20,000 nucleotides of DNA, taken from the sequence record SRR31156797_2197, one strand, 5' to 3'. This document shows, one piece after another, positions 1 to 8,563 of this stretch; the stretch's first letter is position 1; the number at the start of each line of letters is the position of its first letter. Both the position numbers and the translations under genes were made by a program. The notes beneath the pieces are model-generated. The model was not told the origin of the DNA and did not search any database. It saw only the letters and a program-made list of their open reading frames with translations.

Positions 1-58
1 GGTTAAAGCAGGCTGGCAAACAAAAGACGAGTATCTTAAGATGCAGGGGCTTTTCTAA
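1..58 (+). CDS. era: 3' end of an upstream gene, probably GTPase Era (partial)
   Basis: Frame 2 reads VKAGWQTKDEYLKMQGLF* (TAA at 56-58), resembling the Era C-terminal VK..W......L...G tail. Proximity of era to mgtE/recO is known synteny. Only 18 codons are visible. Confidence 0.55.
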   Translation, partial: VKAGWQTKDEYLKMQGLF

Positions 59-85
59 TAACCCCACGTTTAACAAAGTTTTGTG

Positions 86-114
86 CTGACATGGCGAGGT
101 CTGTAAGTTAAAAT
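86..114 (+). promoter_or_regulatory. Putative sigma70 promoter for mgtE-recO
   Basis: CTGACA (86-91), 17-nt spacer, TAAAAT (109-114). RBS AGGAG at 152-156 precedes the ATG at 163. Confidence 0.5.
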
Positions 115-162
115 ATCCTAACGGACAAATATTACACACAATAACACTATCAGGAGATTTTT

Positions 163-1521
163 ATGCTTACACAATCTCTCAGGGTCAAACTGGAAACTGT
201 AAGAAAACTTATCAGACGCAATGCGAAGCACCCTTTGGAAAATCTTCTAACTAAACTTCACCCTGCTGATATAGCATCAATCTATAAAAACCTTACGGAG
301 CTTGAGAGGGATAAACTTTGGAACTATATCCCCGATAAAGGGATAATAGCTTCATCTGTGCTCGAGCTTGAAGATAATCATATACTAGAGTTTTTCTCAA
401 ACAGAACAATTAAAGAGATTGCTCCTATTATCGAAGAGATGGAATCTGACGATGCGGCGGAGATTGTCCGTATGTTGCCGGAGGACACCGCAAACGAGCT
501 GCTTAAACTTATCGGTAAAGATGAAATGAGTGAAGTGGAAACCCTCCTGACTTACGCAGAGGATACTGCCGGTGCGATAATGAACACCAGCTTTTTCGCT
601 CTGGAGGAGACACTCACCGTAAAAGAGGCAACTAAGCTTCTTCAGCGTGCAGAAGATATTGAGATGGTTTTTTATCTGTATGTTATCGATGAAGAAGGCA
701 TTTTATCAGGTGTGATATCACTTCGTCAGCTTATCCTTAATGCTCCTGACAAACTGCTTTCCGATATTATGTCGAGGGAAGTTATTAAAGCTCAGACACA
801 TGTTGACCAGGAAGATGTCGCTAAGATGGTTGAAAGATATGACCTTCTCGCTCTCCCTGTTGTTGATGAAGATTTAAAGCTTTGCGGTATCATCACTGTT
901 GACGACGTAATCGACATTATCCGTGAAGAGGCTACTGAAGATATCTACCGTATGGCTGGTACATCTGATGACGAGCTTCTCTTCGGGCATAATTCTGCAA
1001 AGGTCGCTAAGGTTCGTTTGCCTTGGCTTTTAATAACATTTTTCGGTTCACTTCTTTCGGGTATTGTCGTTGCTTACTCACAGGATAGTGTGAAAGAGTT
1101 TGCTATCCTTGTCCCTTTTATGCCTGTAATCATGGCTATGGCGGGTAACGTCGGCTCACAGTCTGCGACAATCCTCATACGGGGTGTTGCACTTGGTAAG
1201 ATAAACCATGCGGATATGGCTAGGGTAACTTTTAAAGAGATCAGGGTTGGTACCATTATAGGTGCTACATGTGGTCTGCTCCTCTCCGGAGTAGGTTATT
1301 TTATGGACGGCAGTGTCATAATGGGGCTTGCTGTTGGTGTTTCTATGTTCTGTTCACTCGTTATGGCGGCATTCATAGGTGCTTTTGTTCCGGCTACACT
1401 GATCAAGCTGAATTTCGACCCTGCTGTAGCTTCAAGCCCTCTTATCACTATGCTTAACGATATACTCGGTCTGGCGGTTTATTTCGGAACAGCAGTAGCT
1501 TTCTTTAGATATCTTGGATGA
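163..1521 (+). CDS. mgtE: Magnesium transporter MgtE
   Basis: 452 aa. N-terminal LHPADIA MgtE_N domain, EDTAG into paired CBS domains (YDLLALPVVD, GIITVDD), RLPWL, AMAGNVGSQ, and DPAVASSPLITMLND with the conserved TM5 Asp. Confidence 0.97.
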   Translation: MLTQSLRVKLETVRKLIRRNAKHPLENLLTKLHPADIASIYKNLTELERDKLWNYIPDKGIIASSVLELEDNHILEFFSNRTIKEIAPIIEEMESDDAAEIVRMLPEDTANELLKLIGKDEMSEVETLLTYAEDTAGAIMNTSFFALEETLTVKEATKLLQRAEDIEMVFYLYVIDEEGILSGVISLRQLILNAPDKLLSDIMSREVIKAQTHVDQEDVAKMVERYDLLALPVVDEDLKLCGIITVDDVIDIIREEATEDIYRMAGTSDDELLFGHNSAKVAKVRLPWLLITFFGSLLSGIVVAYSQDSVKEFAILVPFMPVIMAMAGNVGSQSATILIRGVALGKINHADMARVTFKEIRVGTIIGATCGLLLSGVGYFMDGSVIMGLAVGVSMFCSLVMAAFIGAFVPATLIKLNFDPAVASSPLITMLNDILGLAVYFGTAVAFFRYLG

Positions 1522-2219
1522 GCAGAGAGAAATCCGAAGCTATTATATATAAGCTGGTTAAGTATGCGGACAGCTCCGCAATAGCACTAGCCTTTACAGA
1601 AGATTTCGGTCGTATAAAGCTTTTCATCCCGAAGGCGTTCACAAAAAAGGGCGGTGTGATGTGTTTTATGCCGGGGCTTTTAGACTTTGGTAAAAAATCA
1701 TCCGATCTCTCTAAATTTTATAAATTCGATAACAATACAGCTTACTACCACTATCTGAATAATCACGAAATTATTATGCGTATGCATCTTGTTTTTGAGC
1801 TGATGGACGGGCTTTATGAGCCTGAGCTTCCTGACAAAACTCTCTTCGATTTACTGCTGAAATTCACTGATGATAATTTTCGTAAAATTACCCCGTATAT
1901 TTTATATTTTATTTTGAAGCGTTCAGGTGTCATGTACGACCTTGAGTCGTGTTCAAACTGTGGCACTACTGATGAACTTTACACTATCGGTGATAAAGGA
2001 CTCTTCTGTAATACGTGTGCTGATCAACTAGACGTTACAAGTCACTGCGATAAGGAATCTGCTTATATTATCAAGAGTATGGGCAACAGCTCACTTTACA
2101 GAAGCTTAACGGTAACTCGTAAGCAGGAGATTCAAATTCTGAAAGCTATGGCTGCCTATAGTGAGCATGTGCTCGAAAAGCCATTGAAATGTTTGAATAC
2201 AGTGTTAAGCATTATTTGA
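1518..2219 (+). CDS. recO: DNA repair protein RecO
   Basis: 233 aa. OB-fold-like N-terminus (FTEDFGRI), Zn-finger CSNC...CNTC, C-terminal KPLK. ATGA overlap with mgtE. Confidence 0.8.
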   Translation: MSREKSEAIIYKLVKYADSSAIALAFTEDFGRIKLFIPKAFTKKGGVMCFMPGLLDFGKKSSDLSKFYKFDNNTAYYHYLNNHEIIMRMHLVFELMDGLYEPELPDKTLFDLLLKFTDDNFRKITPYILYFILKRSGVMYDLESCSNCGTTDELYTIGDKGLFCNTCADQLDVTSHCDKESAYIIKSMGNSSLYRSLTVTRKQEIQILKAMAAYSEHVLEKPLKCLNTVLSII

Positions 2220-2241
2220 TTTGCCTATAATTGGTATTTTC

Positions 2242-2270
2242 TTTACATTCAAACAGATTTTGCTTAAAAT
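2242..2270 (+). promoter_or_regulatory. Putative sigma70 promoter for the fbp...proC run
   Basis: TTTACA (2242-2247), 17-nt spacer, TAAAAT (2265-2270) in an AT-rich gap. GAGGGAG RBS before the fbp ATG. Confidence 0.55.
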
Positions 2271-2312
2271 TAATAAATATCTCACAGAAAACAATTTAAT
2301 AGCGAGGGAGTC

Positions 2313-3311
2313 ATGGAAAAAGGCGTAACTAACCTTAATAGATTTTTACTCGAAGAGCAGAGAAACTATCCTGATGCAACAGGCGGTTTCACCATCCTCA
2401 TCGAATCAATTGCATTCGCATCGAAGATCATCAGCCGTGAAGTTAACAAAGCTGGAATAGTTAACATAATCGGTAAAGCTAAGTCTACAAATGTGCATGG
2501 TGAAGACCAGCAGAAGCTGGATATCTACTCCGACCAGAAGATGATTCAGGCTTTGGATCATCTGGGTAAACTTTGCGCTATGGCATCAGAAGAGAATGAC
2601 GACCCGATCACGATTCCCGACAAGTACCCAAAAGGTAAATATCTTGCAGTTTTCGATCCGCTCGATGGTTCGAGTAATATCGATGTAAACATCAGTATAG
2701 GTACTATTTTCGCTATTTATAAGCGTCAGGACGGTAAAGAAGGCGATGCTTGCTGTGAAGAGTTTTATCAGCCAGGCAGACAGATGGTAGCCGCTGGATA
2801 CGTTATCTACGGTTCATCGACGATGATGGTTTACTCCTCTGGTAACGGCGTACACGGTTTCACCCTAGACCCTAGTGTAGGTGAATACATCCTTAGCCAC
2901 CCATTTATGAAAATGCCAGAGAATGGAAAGATTTACTCCATTAACGAGGCTAATTACGACCGTTGGGATGATGCTACAAGATCATTTGTTAAACACCTCA
3001 AAAATCACGAAGAGAGACAATATACATCAAGATACATCGGCTCACTTGTAGCTGATTTCCATAGAAACCTGCTAAAAGGCGGCGTTTTTGCATACCCTGG
3101 AGACTCAAACAATCCTAGAGGAAAGCTGAGACTTCTTTACGAGTGTGCTCCGCTTGCATTTATCGCTGAGCAGGCTGGCGGTATGGCTGTCAACGACGAG
3201 CAGCCTATCCTGGACATCGTGCCGGAAAAACTTCACCAGAGAGAGCCGCTTTATATAGGCTCTAAGTATGAGGTTGAGGCGTATCTTAAAGCTAAACGTG
3301 GAGAGCTTTAA
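2313..3311 (+). CDS. fbp: Class 1 fructose-1,6-bisphosphatase
   Basis: 332 aa with motifs GEDQQKLD, ASEE, FDPLDGSSNIDVN, YSINE, RYIGSLVADFHR and GKLRLLYE. Confidence 0.98.
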   Translation: MEKGVTNLNRFLLEEQRNYPDATGGFTILIESIAFASKIISREVNKAGIVNIIGKAKSTNVHGEDQQKLDIYSDQKMIQALDHLGKLCAMASEENDDPITIPDKYPKGKYLAVFDPLDGSSNIDVNISIGTIFAIYKRQDGKEGDACCEEFYQPGRQMVAAGYVIYGSSTMMVYSSGNGVHGFTLDPSVGEYILSHPFMKMPENGKIYSINEANYDRWDDATRSFVKHLKNHEERQYTSRYIGSLVADFHRNLLKGGVFAYPGDSNNPRGKLRLLYECAPLAFIAEQAGGMAVNDEQPILDIVPEKLHQREPLYIGSKYEVEAYLKAKRGEL

Positions 3312-3313
3312 GC

Positions 3314-4135
3314 TTGCTTATCGGTTCACACCAATCAATTTCAAAATCTATTGACCTAAGTATAGAGAGGGCACTTGCAGATAACTGTGAGTGCCTTCAA
3401 GTTTTTGTAAAGAACAACAACAGGTGGATAGGTAAGGATATTCAGGAAGAGGCGGCTGAGAAGTTTCGTAATGGGATTATCGAAAATAATCTAAAAGTCT
3501 GCTCACACGCATGTTATCTTATCAACCTCGCATCTTTCAAAGAAGAGACCTATAACAAATCAGTAAACGGATATAAAACAGAGCTAGCCAGTTGTGACAG
3601 GCTGAATATACCATATTATGTTATTCACCCAGGTTCACACGTAGGTGAGGGCGAAGAGAGAGGGATCAGGCGCATAGCTGAGACTATCGACTCGGTTTAT
3701 GATGAGGGTTACGAGTGTATGACACTCCTTGAAATGGTCGCAGGGCAAGGGAGTAACATAGGTGCAACAATTGAGAATATGCTTGATATAATAGAGTTTT
3801 CAAACGCTAAGGATAAGATCGGCATCTGTCTTGATTCGTGCCATATCTTTGCAGCCGGATATGACATTAAAGATGAGTACGATGCAGTTTTTGAGCAATT
3901 CTTCGATGCTTTCGGAGATAAAATCAAAGTTTTCCACCTGAATGATAGTAAAAAACCTCTAAACAGCAGACGTGACAGGCACGAGCTTGTTGGGAAGGGT
4001 GAAATAGGCGAGGATTTCTTTAAAAAAGTCGTGAATGACGTCCGTTTTAATGATATTCTCGGTATACTTGAAACACCTGTTGAAACTACTTATAAACAGG
4101 AGATAGAGCTGCTTAAATCCTATAGGGAGGATTAG
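3314..4135 (+). CDS. nfo: Endonuclease IV (AP endonuclease)
   Basis: 273 aa, TTG start. Metal-binding motifs IGSH, HACYLINLAS, HPGS, LLEMVAGQG, CLDSCH, HLNDSK, DRH and ILETP. Confidence 0.96.
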   Translation: MLIGSHQSISKSIDLSIERALADNCECLQVFVKNNNRWIGKDIQEEAAEKFRNGIIENNLKVCSHACYLINLASFKEETYNKSVNGYKTELASCDRLNIPYYVIHPGSHVGEGEERGIRRIAETIDSVYDEGYECMTLLEMVAGQGSNIGATIENMLDIIEFSNAKDKIGICLDSCHIFAAGYDIKDEYDAVFEQFFDAFGDKIKVFHLNDSKKPLNSRRDRHELVGKGEIGEDFFKKVVNDVRFNDILGILETPVETTYKQEIELLKSYRED

Positions 4136-5680
4136 ATGGAAGTTACAGAAACTCCGATTGTCACGGTTATGAAGGATATCCTCAGACCGGACAAAATCCT
4201 TGAAACACATATTTCCACAGTCTTTATAAAAGACGATTTTGTATATAAAGTTAAGAAAAGTGTCGATTTTGGCTTTCTTGATTTCTCTTCTAAGAAGAAG
4301 CGCAGGGGGATGTGTCTTGTTGAGAAGGACCTTAATGAACGTTTCAGTAAAGGTATCTACCTCGAAGTGTTGAAAATAGCCCGCAGGGAGAAGAGTTTTG
4401 TGCTAGTCCCTTTCGATAGCTCACTCCTTACACTTGATTATTGCCTTAAGATGAAGCGTATCCCTGATGAGGACTTTCTTTCATATAAGGTGAAAGAGGG
4501 CGAGGTTGATGCGAGTGATGCTGTTGATATTGGGAAGAATATCGCTCAGCTTTTTAAAGGGCTGAAAACAGATATTTTAGCGGCAGAGCAGAACGGAAGT
4601 GCTGAAATTGTTAGACAGAACTGCATAGAAAATTTTGATCAGATGAAACCTTTTGTTGGCAAGTTTATAGATTCCGACATGCTTGATTTTGTTAATAGGC
4701 AGACGGTGAAATTTCTTGATAAAAACTCTGAAATGCTTGATAGCAGGGTGAAAGACGGCTTTGTTGTCGATGGTCATGGTGATCTCCGTTTAGAGCATAT
4801 TTACATGACAGATGATGATTTCGGACTTATCGACTGCATAGAATTTAATAGACGTTTCCGTTTTAACGATGTTATGTCTGAGATGGCGTTTCTTTGTACT
4901 GAGGCAGACCAGATGGGTGATACTGCTTTTGCTGATGGTCTTATGGGTGGTTTTTTATCTGTTTATGACGATGAAAACAGCCGTTACCTGATCAACTTTT
5001 ACAAAGCATATAGAGCTATGGTCAGGGCGAAAGTTGCCTGCTTCACGATCGCTGATAAGGATGAAGAGTGGGAAGGATACGCAGAAAAAAAAGCTGAAAT
5101 TGAAAAATATATGGATATGGCATCTGCATATGCAGTTAATATGTTTGAAACTAAATCTCTTATATTTTATGGGTTAATGGCTAGCGGGAAAACTAAAAAT
5201 GCACGTGTTTTCAGTGATATATACCCTGTAGAGCATGTTAATACTGATGTAGTTCGTAAGCTTATGCACGGGATAGACCCCGATGCTAAGATGCATCTTG
5301 AGTTTGGTGCGGATTTATACTCTGCTGAAAATTCTAAAAAATTATATGAATACATTGGTGATATGGCTGATAATAATAGCAAACTCGGTCGTATGACCCT
5401 TATAGACGGGAGTTTTAGCAAAAAGAGCTACATCGAAGACCTTAACAGAAACTATGACGGCGAATATATAAAAGTACGATTTTTCGCATCAGATGATGTT
5501 GTTATGGATCGCCTTGAAAAGCGTAGAGGGAAGGTCGGAGCTTCAGACGGCAGACCGGAAATCTATGAAGCGCAAAAAGCATCAGCGGAAGAGATCGGTT
5601 CTGATTTTGAAGTTGAAACAATTGGAAAAGCGGAAGATAACGCAAAAAATATAATCGGATATTTAATTGATAAAGCATAA
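4136..5680 (+). CDS. Bifunctional aminoglycoside-phosphotransferase-like kinase / P-loop (AAA_33-type) protein
   Basis: 514 aa. N-terminal ETHIS, YKVKKSVDFGFLDFS, HGDLRLEHI, IDCIEFN and YRAMVRAKV. C-terminal Walker A GLMASGKT, TDVVRK and SDG, typical of the COG2187/COG0645 fusion. Confidence 0.88.
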   Translation: MEVTETPIVTVMKDILRPDKILETHISTVFIKDDFVYKVKKSVDFGFLDFSSKKKRRGMCLVEKDLNERFSKGIYLEVLKIARREKSFVLVPFDSSLLTLDYCLKMKRIPDEDFLSYKVKEGEVDASDAVDIGKNIAQLFKGLKTDILAAEQNGSAEIVRQNCIENFDQMKPFVGKFIDSDMLDFVNRQTVKFLDKNSEMLDSRVKDGFVVDGHGDLRLEHIYMTDDDFGLIDCIEFNRRFRFNDVMSEMAFLCTEADQMGDTAFADGLMGGFLSVYDDENSRYLINFYKAYRAMVRAKVACFTIADKDEEWEGYAEKKAEIEKYMDMASAYAVNMFETKSLIFYGLMASGKTKNARVFSDIYPVEHVNTDVVRKLMHGIDPDAKMHLEFGADLYSAENSKKLYEYIGDMADNNSKLGRMTLIDGSFSKKSYIEDLNRNYDGEYIKVRFFASDDVVMDRLEKRRGKVGASDGRPEIYEAQKASAEEIGSDFEVETIGKAEDNAKNIIGYLIDKA

Positions 5681-6659
5681 CTTTAAAGTAAAGCAGGTGA
5701 ACTCACCATTTGAGGATACCGCATTTTTTATAAGAAATATTTATAAACCGGATGGGCTTCTTTTTGATTGTGGCAAGATTGGCGCAATGTCGAACAGCGA
5801 GGTTCTGTCCATCTCTGAAATACTTATTAGCCACACGCATATAGACCATTTCTACGGTTTCGACCGTATACTGAGAGGAACGCTCCTCTCCGGTAAAAAG
5901 TTTCGTGTTTTCGGACCTCCTGGAATAATTAAAAATGTTCAAGGTAAGATAGATTCATACACCTGGAATCTGATAAAAGATTATCCTGTGAGTTACGAGG
6001 TAATAGAGCTTAACACTGAGCGAGATGAGTACAAAACTGCATTCTTTTCAGCGGCTAACGGCTTTGTGCGGGAAGATGGCAGTATCAAAGCTTCTGATGT
6101 GTTTATCAATGGTGGCTTTAAATTTGAATTTGAGTTTTTCGACCACAGGGTTCCTTCGGTAGGGTATCGCATCACTGAACCGGATATGGTTTCGGTTGAT
6201 AAAAATAAAGTTGCAGAACACGGCTTTAAATCCGGTAAATGGCTCGCAGTGCTGAAGGATAAGGCTCTTTCTGGTGATCTTAGCGGAGAAATTAAGGCTG
6301 GTACTGCTGATGGAGTAAAAACTATCTCAGTTGCGGATGCTTGCGATAAGATTATCGTACCTGTGAAATCTCAGTCTGTTACATATATTACAGACATAGC
6401 TCCGTCTTTTGAAAATGTGCAAAAGGCTATTAAATTCGCAGATGATTCAACTATATTGCTGATAGAAGGGATGTTTATGAAAAAGGATGTCCTGCATGCC
6501 AACTTCAAAAAGCACCTTACGCTAGACCTGTCAAAATATATTTTTCGTGAGAGTGGTTCCGCTTTCGCTCGTTTTTTCCACTTCACCCCCAGATATGACA
6601 GTATTAAACGTGACCTTTTTGACTATGTTTACGATGGGATGGAAGGACGTATACTATAA
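5667..6659 (+). CDS. Ribonuclease Z-like metallo-beta-lactamase-fold hydrolase
   Basis: 330 aa, TTG start. LLFDCG, SHTHIDH (HxHxDH), FGPPG, DHRVPSVGY, YITD, IEGMF, KHLT and FHFTPRY motifs. Confidence 0.85.
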   Translation: MIKHNFKVKQVNSPFEDTAFFIRNIYKPDGLLFDCGKIGAMSNSEVLSISEILISHTHIDHFYGFDRILRGTLLSGKKFRVFGPPGIIKNVQGKIDSYTWNLIKDYPVSYEVIELNTERDEYKTAFFSAANGFVREDGSIKASDVFINGGFKFEFEFFDHRVPSVGYRITEPDMVSVDKNKVAEHGFKSGKWLAVLKDKALSGDLSGEIKAGTADGVKTISVADACDKIIVPVKSQSVTYITDIAPSFENVQKAIKFADDSTILLIEGMFMKKDVLHANFKKHLTLDLSKYIFRESGSAFARFFHFTPRYDSIKRDLFDYVYDGMEGRIL

Positions 6660-7567
6660 AGTATTTATGGCTATTATTAATAATTATTCCACTGGTGCTG
6701 TACATGAGCTACGACAACACGTATTACGACTTAGAGCCGTTTGTTGACCTCAGCGAGGTTGCAGACGAAGAGCTTCTCGATTTAGACTTCAAAAAAGCTG
6801 AATCAGAGGAAGTAAAGCTTGATGAGAACTATCCGCAGTTCCATAAGGGTGGAGATATAGGAATCCTTGTCCTGCACGGCTTTACAGGCTCTCCGCTTGA
6901 GATGCAGCCGGCTGTGGATTACCTGAAAGAGCAGGGGTACACAGTTTATCAGGTGCGTATAGCTGGGCACGGTTCTGAGCCGGAAAATCTCAACCTTACC
7001 AATTATCAGGACTGGTATGAGTCCGCCAGATATGGTTATTTTGTGCTGAGGCGTAACTGTAAAAAAGTATTTATATTAGGCGAATCCATGGGCGGGGCGG
7101 CAGCTCTTACCATTGCGGGCTTGAATGAGACAGATGGCGTGATACTAATGGCGCCCTGCATAAAAATCAGAAGTAGCCTTGCTGGATTGTCATTATATTT
7201 TCATAAATACATTAAAATGCTTCCAAAGTTTGAAGCTGGCGACTGGAGCCGTGACCTTAAGCATATTTACTACGATAAATGGCCAGTTAAAGGGCTTGCA
7301 GAATTGGTGAAGTTTACTAAATATCTCAAAGCTAACAATGATATGTTTGACTTTCCCATGCTTGGCTTTCAGTTTAAAAATGATGCAGTTGTTAGCGGAA
7401 AGGCTACTAGAGAATTTTTCGAAAATGCACCGTCTGATGACAAGACATATGTACAGTTCCCTAACGATAAGATGATGAATCATGTTCTTGTGAATGAAAA
7501 AAACATTTACAGAGATGAAATGTTCACTAAAATGGCTGAATGGATAAATGATAGAGGTGAGAAATGA
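6656..7567 (+). CDS. Alpha/beta-hydrolase carboxylesterase with probable N-terminal membrane anchor or signal peptide
   Basis: LHGFTGSP oxyanion motif, GESMGG nucleophile elbow, NDAVV Asp, NHVL His. The ORF track starts at GTG 6695, but the frame is open to ATA 6656, giving (M)KYLWLLLIIIPLVLYMSY, with an AAGGA RBS at 6643-6647. The start is inferred. Confidence 0.85.
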   Translation: MKYLWLLLIIIPLVLYMSYDNTYYDLEPFVDLSEVADEELLDLDFKKAESEEVKLDENYPQFHKGGDIGILVLHGFTGSPLEMQPAVDYLKEQGYTVYQVRIAGHGSEPENLNLTNYQDWYESARYGYFVLRRNCKKVFILGESMGGAAALTIAGLNETDGVILMAPCIKIRSSLAGLSLYFHKYIKMLPKFEAGDWSRDLKHIYYDKWPVKGLAELVKFTKYLKANNDMFDFPMLGFQFKNDAVVSGKATREFFENAPSDDKTYVQFPNDKMMNHVLVNEKNIYRDEMFTKMAEWINDRGEK

Positions 7568-8385
7568 TCAGTAAATATAAAATAGGCTTCATAGGCGCAG
7601 GCAACATGGCAGAGGCACTTGTAAAAGGTATGCTCAGCTCAGCCGGCCCCCTTGATATAGCCGTTAGCGATATTAATACACACAGACTCGACATCTTCCG
7701 TAACCAGTACGGTGTGGAAGGGGTAACAAAGGATAACCGAAAAGTTGTTGATTATGCGGAGCTTATAATCCTTGCGATCAAGCCTCAGCTTATCCCTGAT
7801 ATACTTAAAGAGGTGAAAGACCTTATCTCTGAGAATAAAGTGATCGTATCCATTGCTGCCGGTGTGACAACAGAGACACTTGAAAGCTATCTCCCGGAAG
7901 GGGCGAGGGTTGTAAGGGTAATGCCGAACACTCCTGCACTTGTTGGGCTTGGTGCTTTTGGTATTTGTAAAGGGCACAACGCTACATCTGAGGATATTGA
8001 GCTTGTTCAGAACATGCTTGAGACGACAGGTGTGTGTGTTGTTGTTGGCGAAGACAGGATGGACGCCATCACAGGGCTTTCAGGTAGTGGACCTGCTTAT
8101 GTTTATACCTTTATCGATGCACTCGCTGATGCTGGTGTAAACATGGGGCTTACCCGTGTGAATGCTACTAAGCTCGCCGCTCAGACAGTTATGGGTGCTG
8201 CTAAAATGGTGTTAGATACTGGCGTACACCCTTGCCAGCTTAAGGATAATGTTACTACACCAGCCGGAACGACAATCTGCGCTCTGCATGAGCTTGACAG
8301 GGGCGGTTTCAGGTCAACAGTGATGAACGCTGTCGAGGCGGCTACACTTAAGGCGCATAAGCTTGGAAAGGTGAATGGCGATTAG
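7564..8385 (+). CDS. proC: Pyrroline-5-carboxylate reductase
   Basis: 273 aa with IGFIGAGNMA, AIKPQ, SIAAG, RVMPNTP, GLSGSGPAY, KDNVTTPAGTT. Confidence 0.98.
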   Translation: MISKYKIGFIGAGNMAEALVKGMLSSAGPLDIAVSDINTHRLDIFRNQYGVEGVTKDNRKVVDYAELIILAIKPQLIPDILKEVKDLISENKVIVSIAAGVTTETLESYLPEGARVVRVMPNTPALVGLGAFGICKGHNATSEDIELVQNMLETTGVCVVVGEDRMDAITGLSGSGPAYVYTFIDALADAGVNMGLTRVNATKLAAQTVMGAAKMVLDTGVHPCQLKDNVTTPAGTTICALHELDRGGFRSTVMNAVEAATLKAHKLGKVNGD

Positions 8386-8399
8386 ACTTCTTGTAGCTA

Positions 8400-8441
8400 G
8401 CAAGTTTATAGACTTGTTAGTGTGTATGTGTGGATTAGATT
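8400..8441 (+). repeat. 42-bp repeat, copy 1
   Basis: GCAAGTTTATAGACTTGTTAGTGTGTATGTGTGGATTAGATT matches 19873-19914 at 39/42 positions. It contains the hairpin CAAGT-TTATAG-ACTTG. Confidence 0.92.
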
Positions 8442-8451
8442 ATATAAATGT

Positions 8452-8480
8452 AAAGGCTACTCATTTGAGTAGCCTTTTTT
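8452..8480. terminator. Rho-independent terminator, probably bidirectional, between convergent proC and hypD
   Basis: Perfect stem AAAGGCTACTC-ATTT-GAGTAGCCTTT. The + strand has a T6 run (8475-8480) and the - strand has TTTACATTT. Confidence 0.9.
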
Positions 8481-8563
8481 GTTAGTAAATCAGCGTCACA
8501 GCGTGATGCGTAAAAAGTGTAAGCACAAATTGCGTTTACAGTATAGTGACTCGGCTCAAAGCC

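Noticed and set aside
70-81. 12-bp match TTAACAAAGTTT also at 19667-19678
   Set aside because: Short and AT-rich; plausibly a chance match.
59-162. M-box (ykoK) Mg2+ riboswitch upstream of mgtE
   Set aside because: The spacer is only 104 nt, largely taken up by a promoter-like sequence and RBS, with no extensive structure.
4136-5680. Aminoglycoside resistance gene
   Set aside because: The APH-like fold here belongs to a widespread chromosomal fusion family in a housekeeping operon; nothing in the sequence supports a resistance function.
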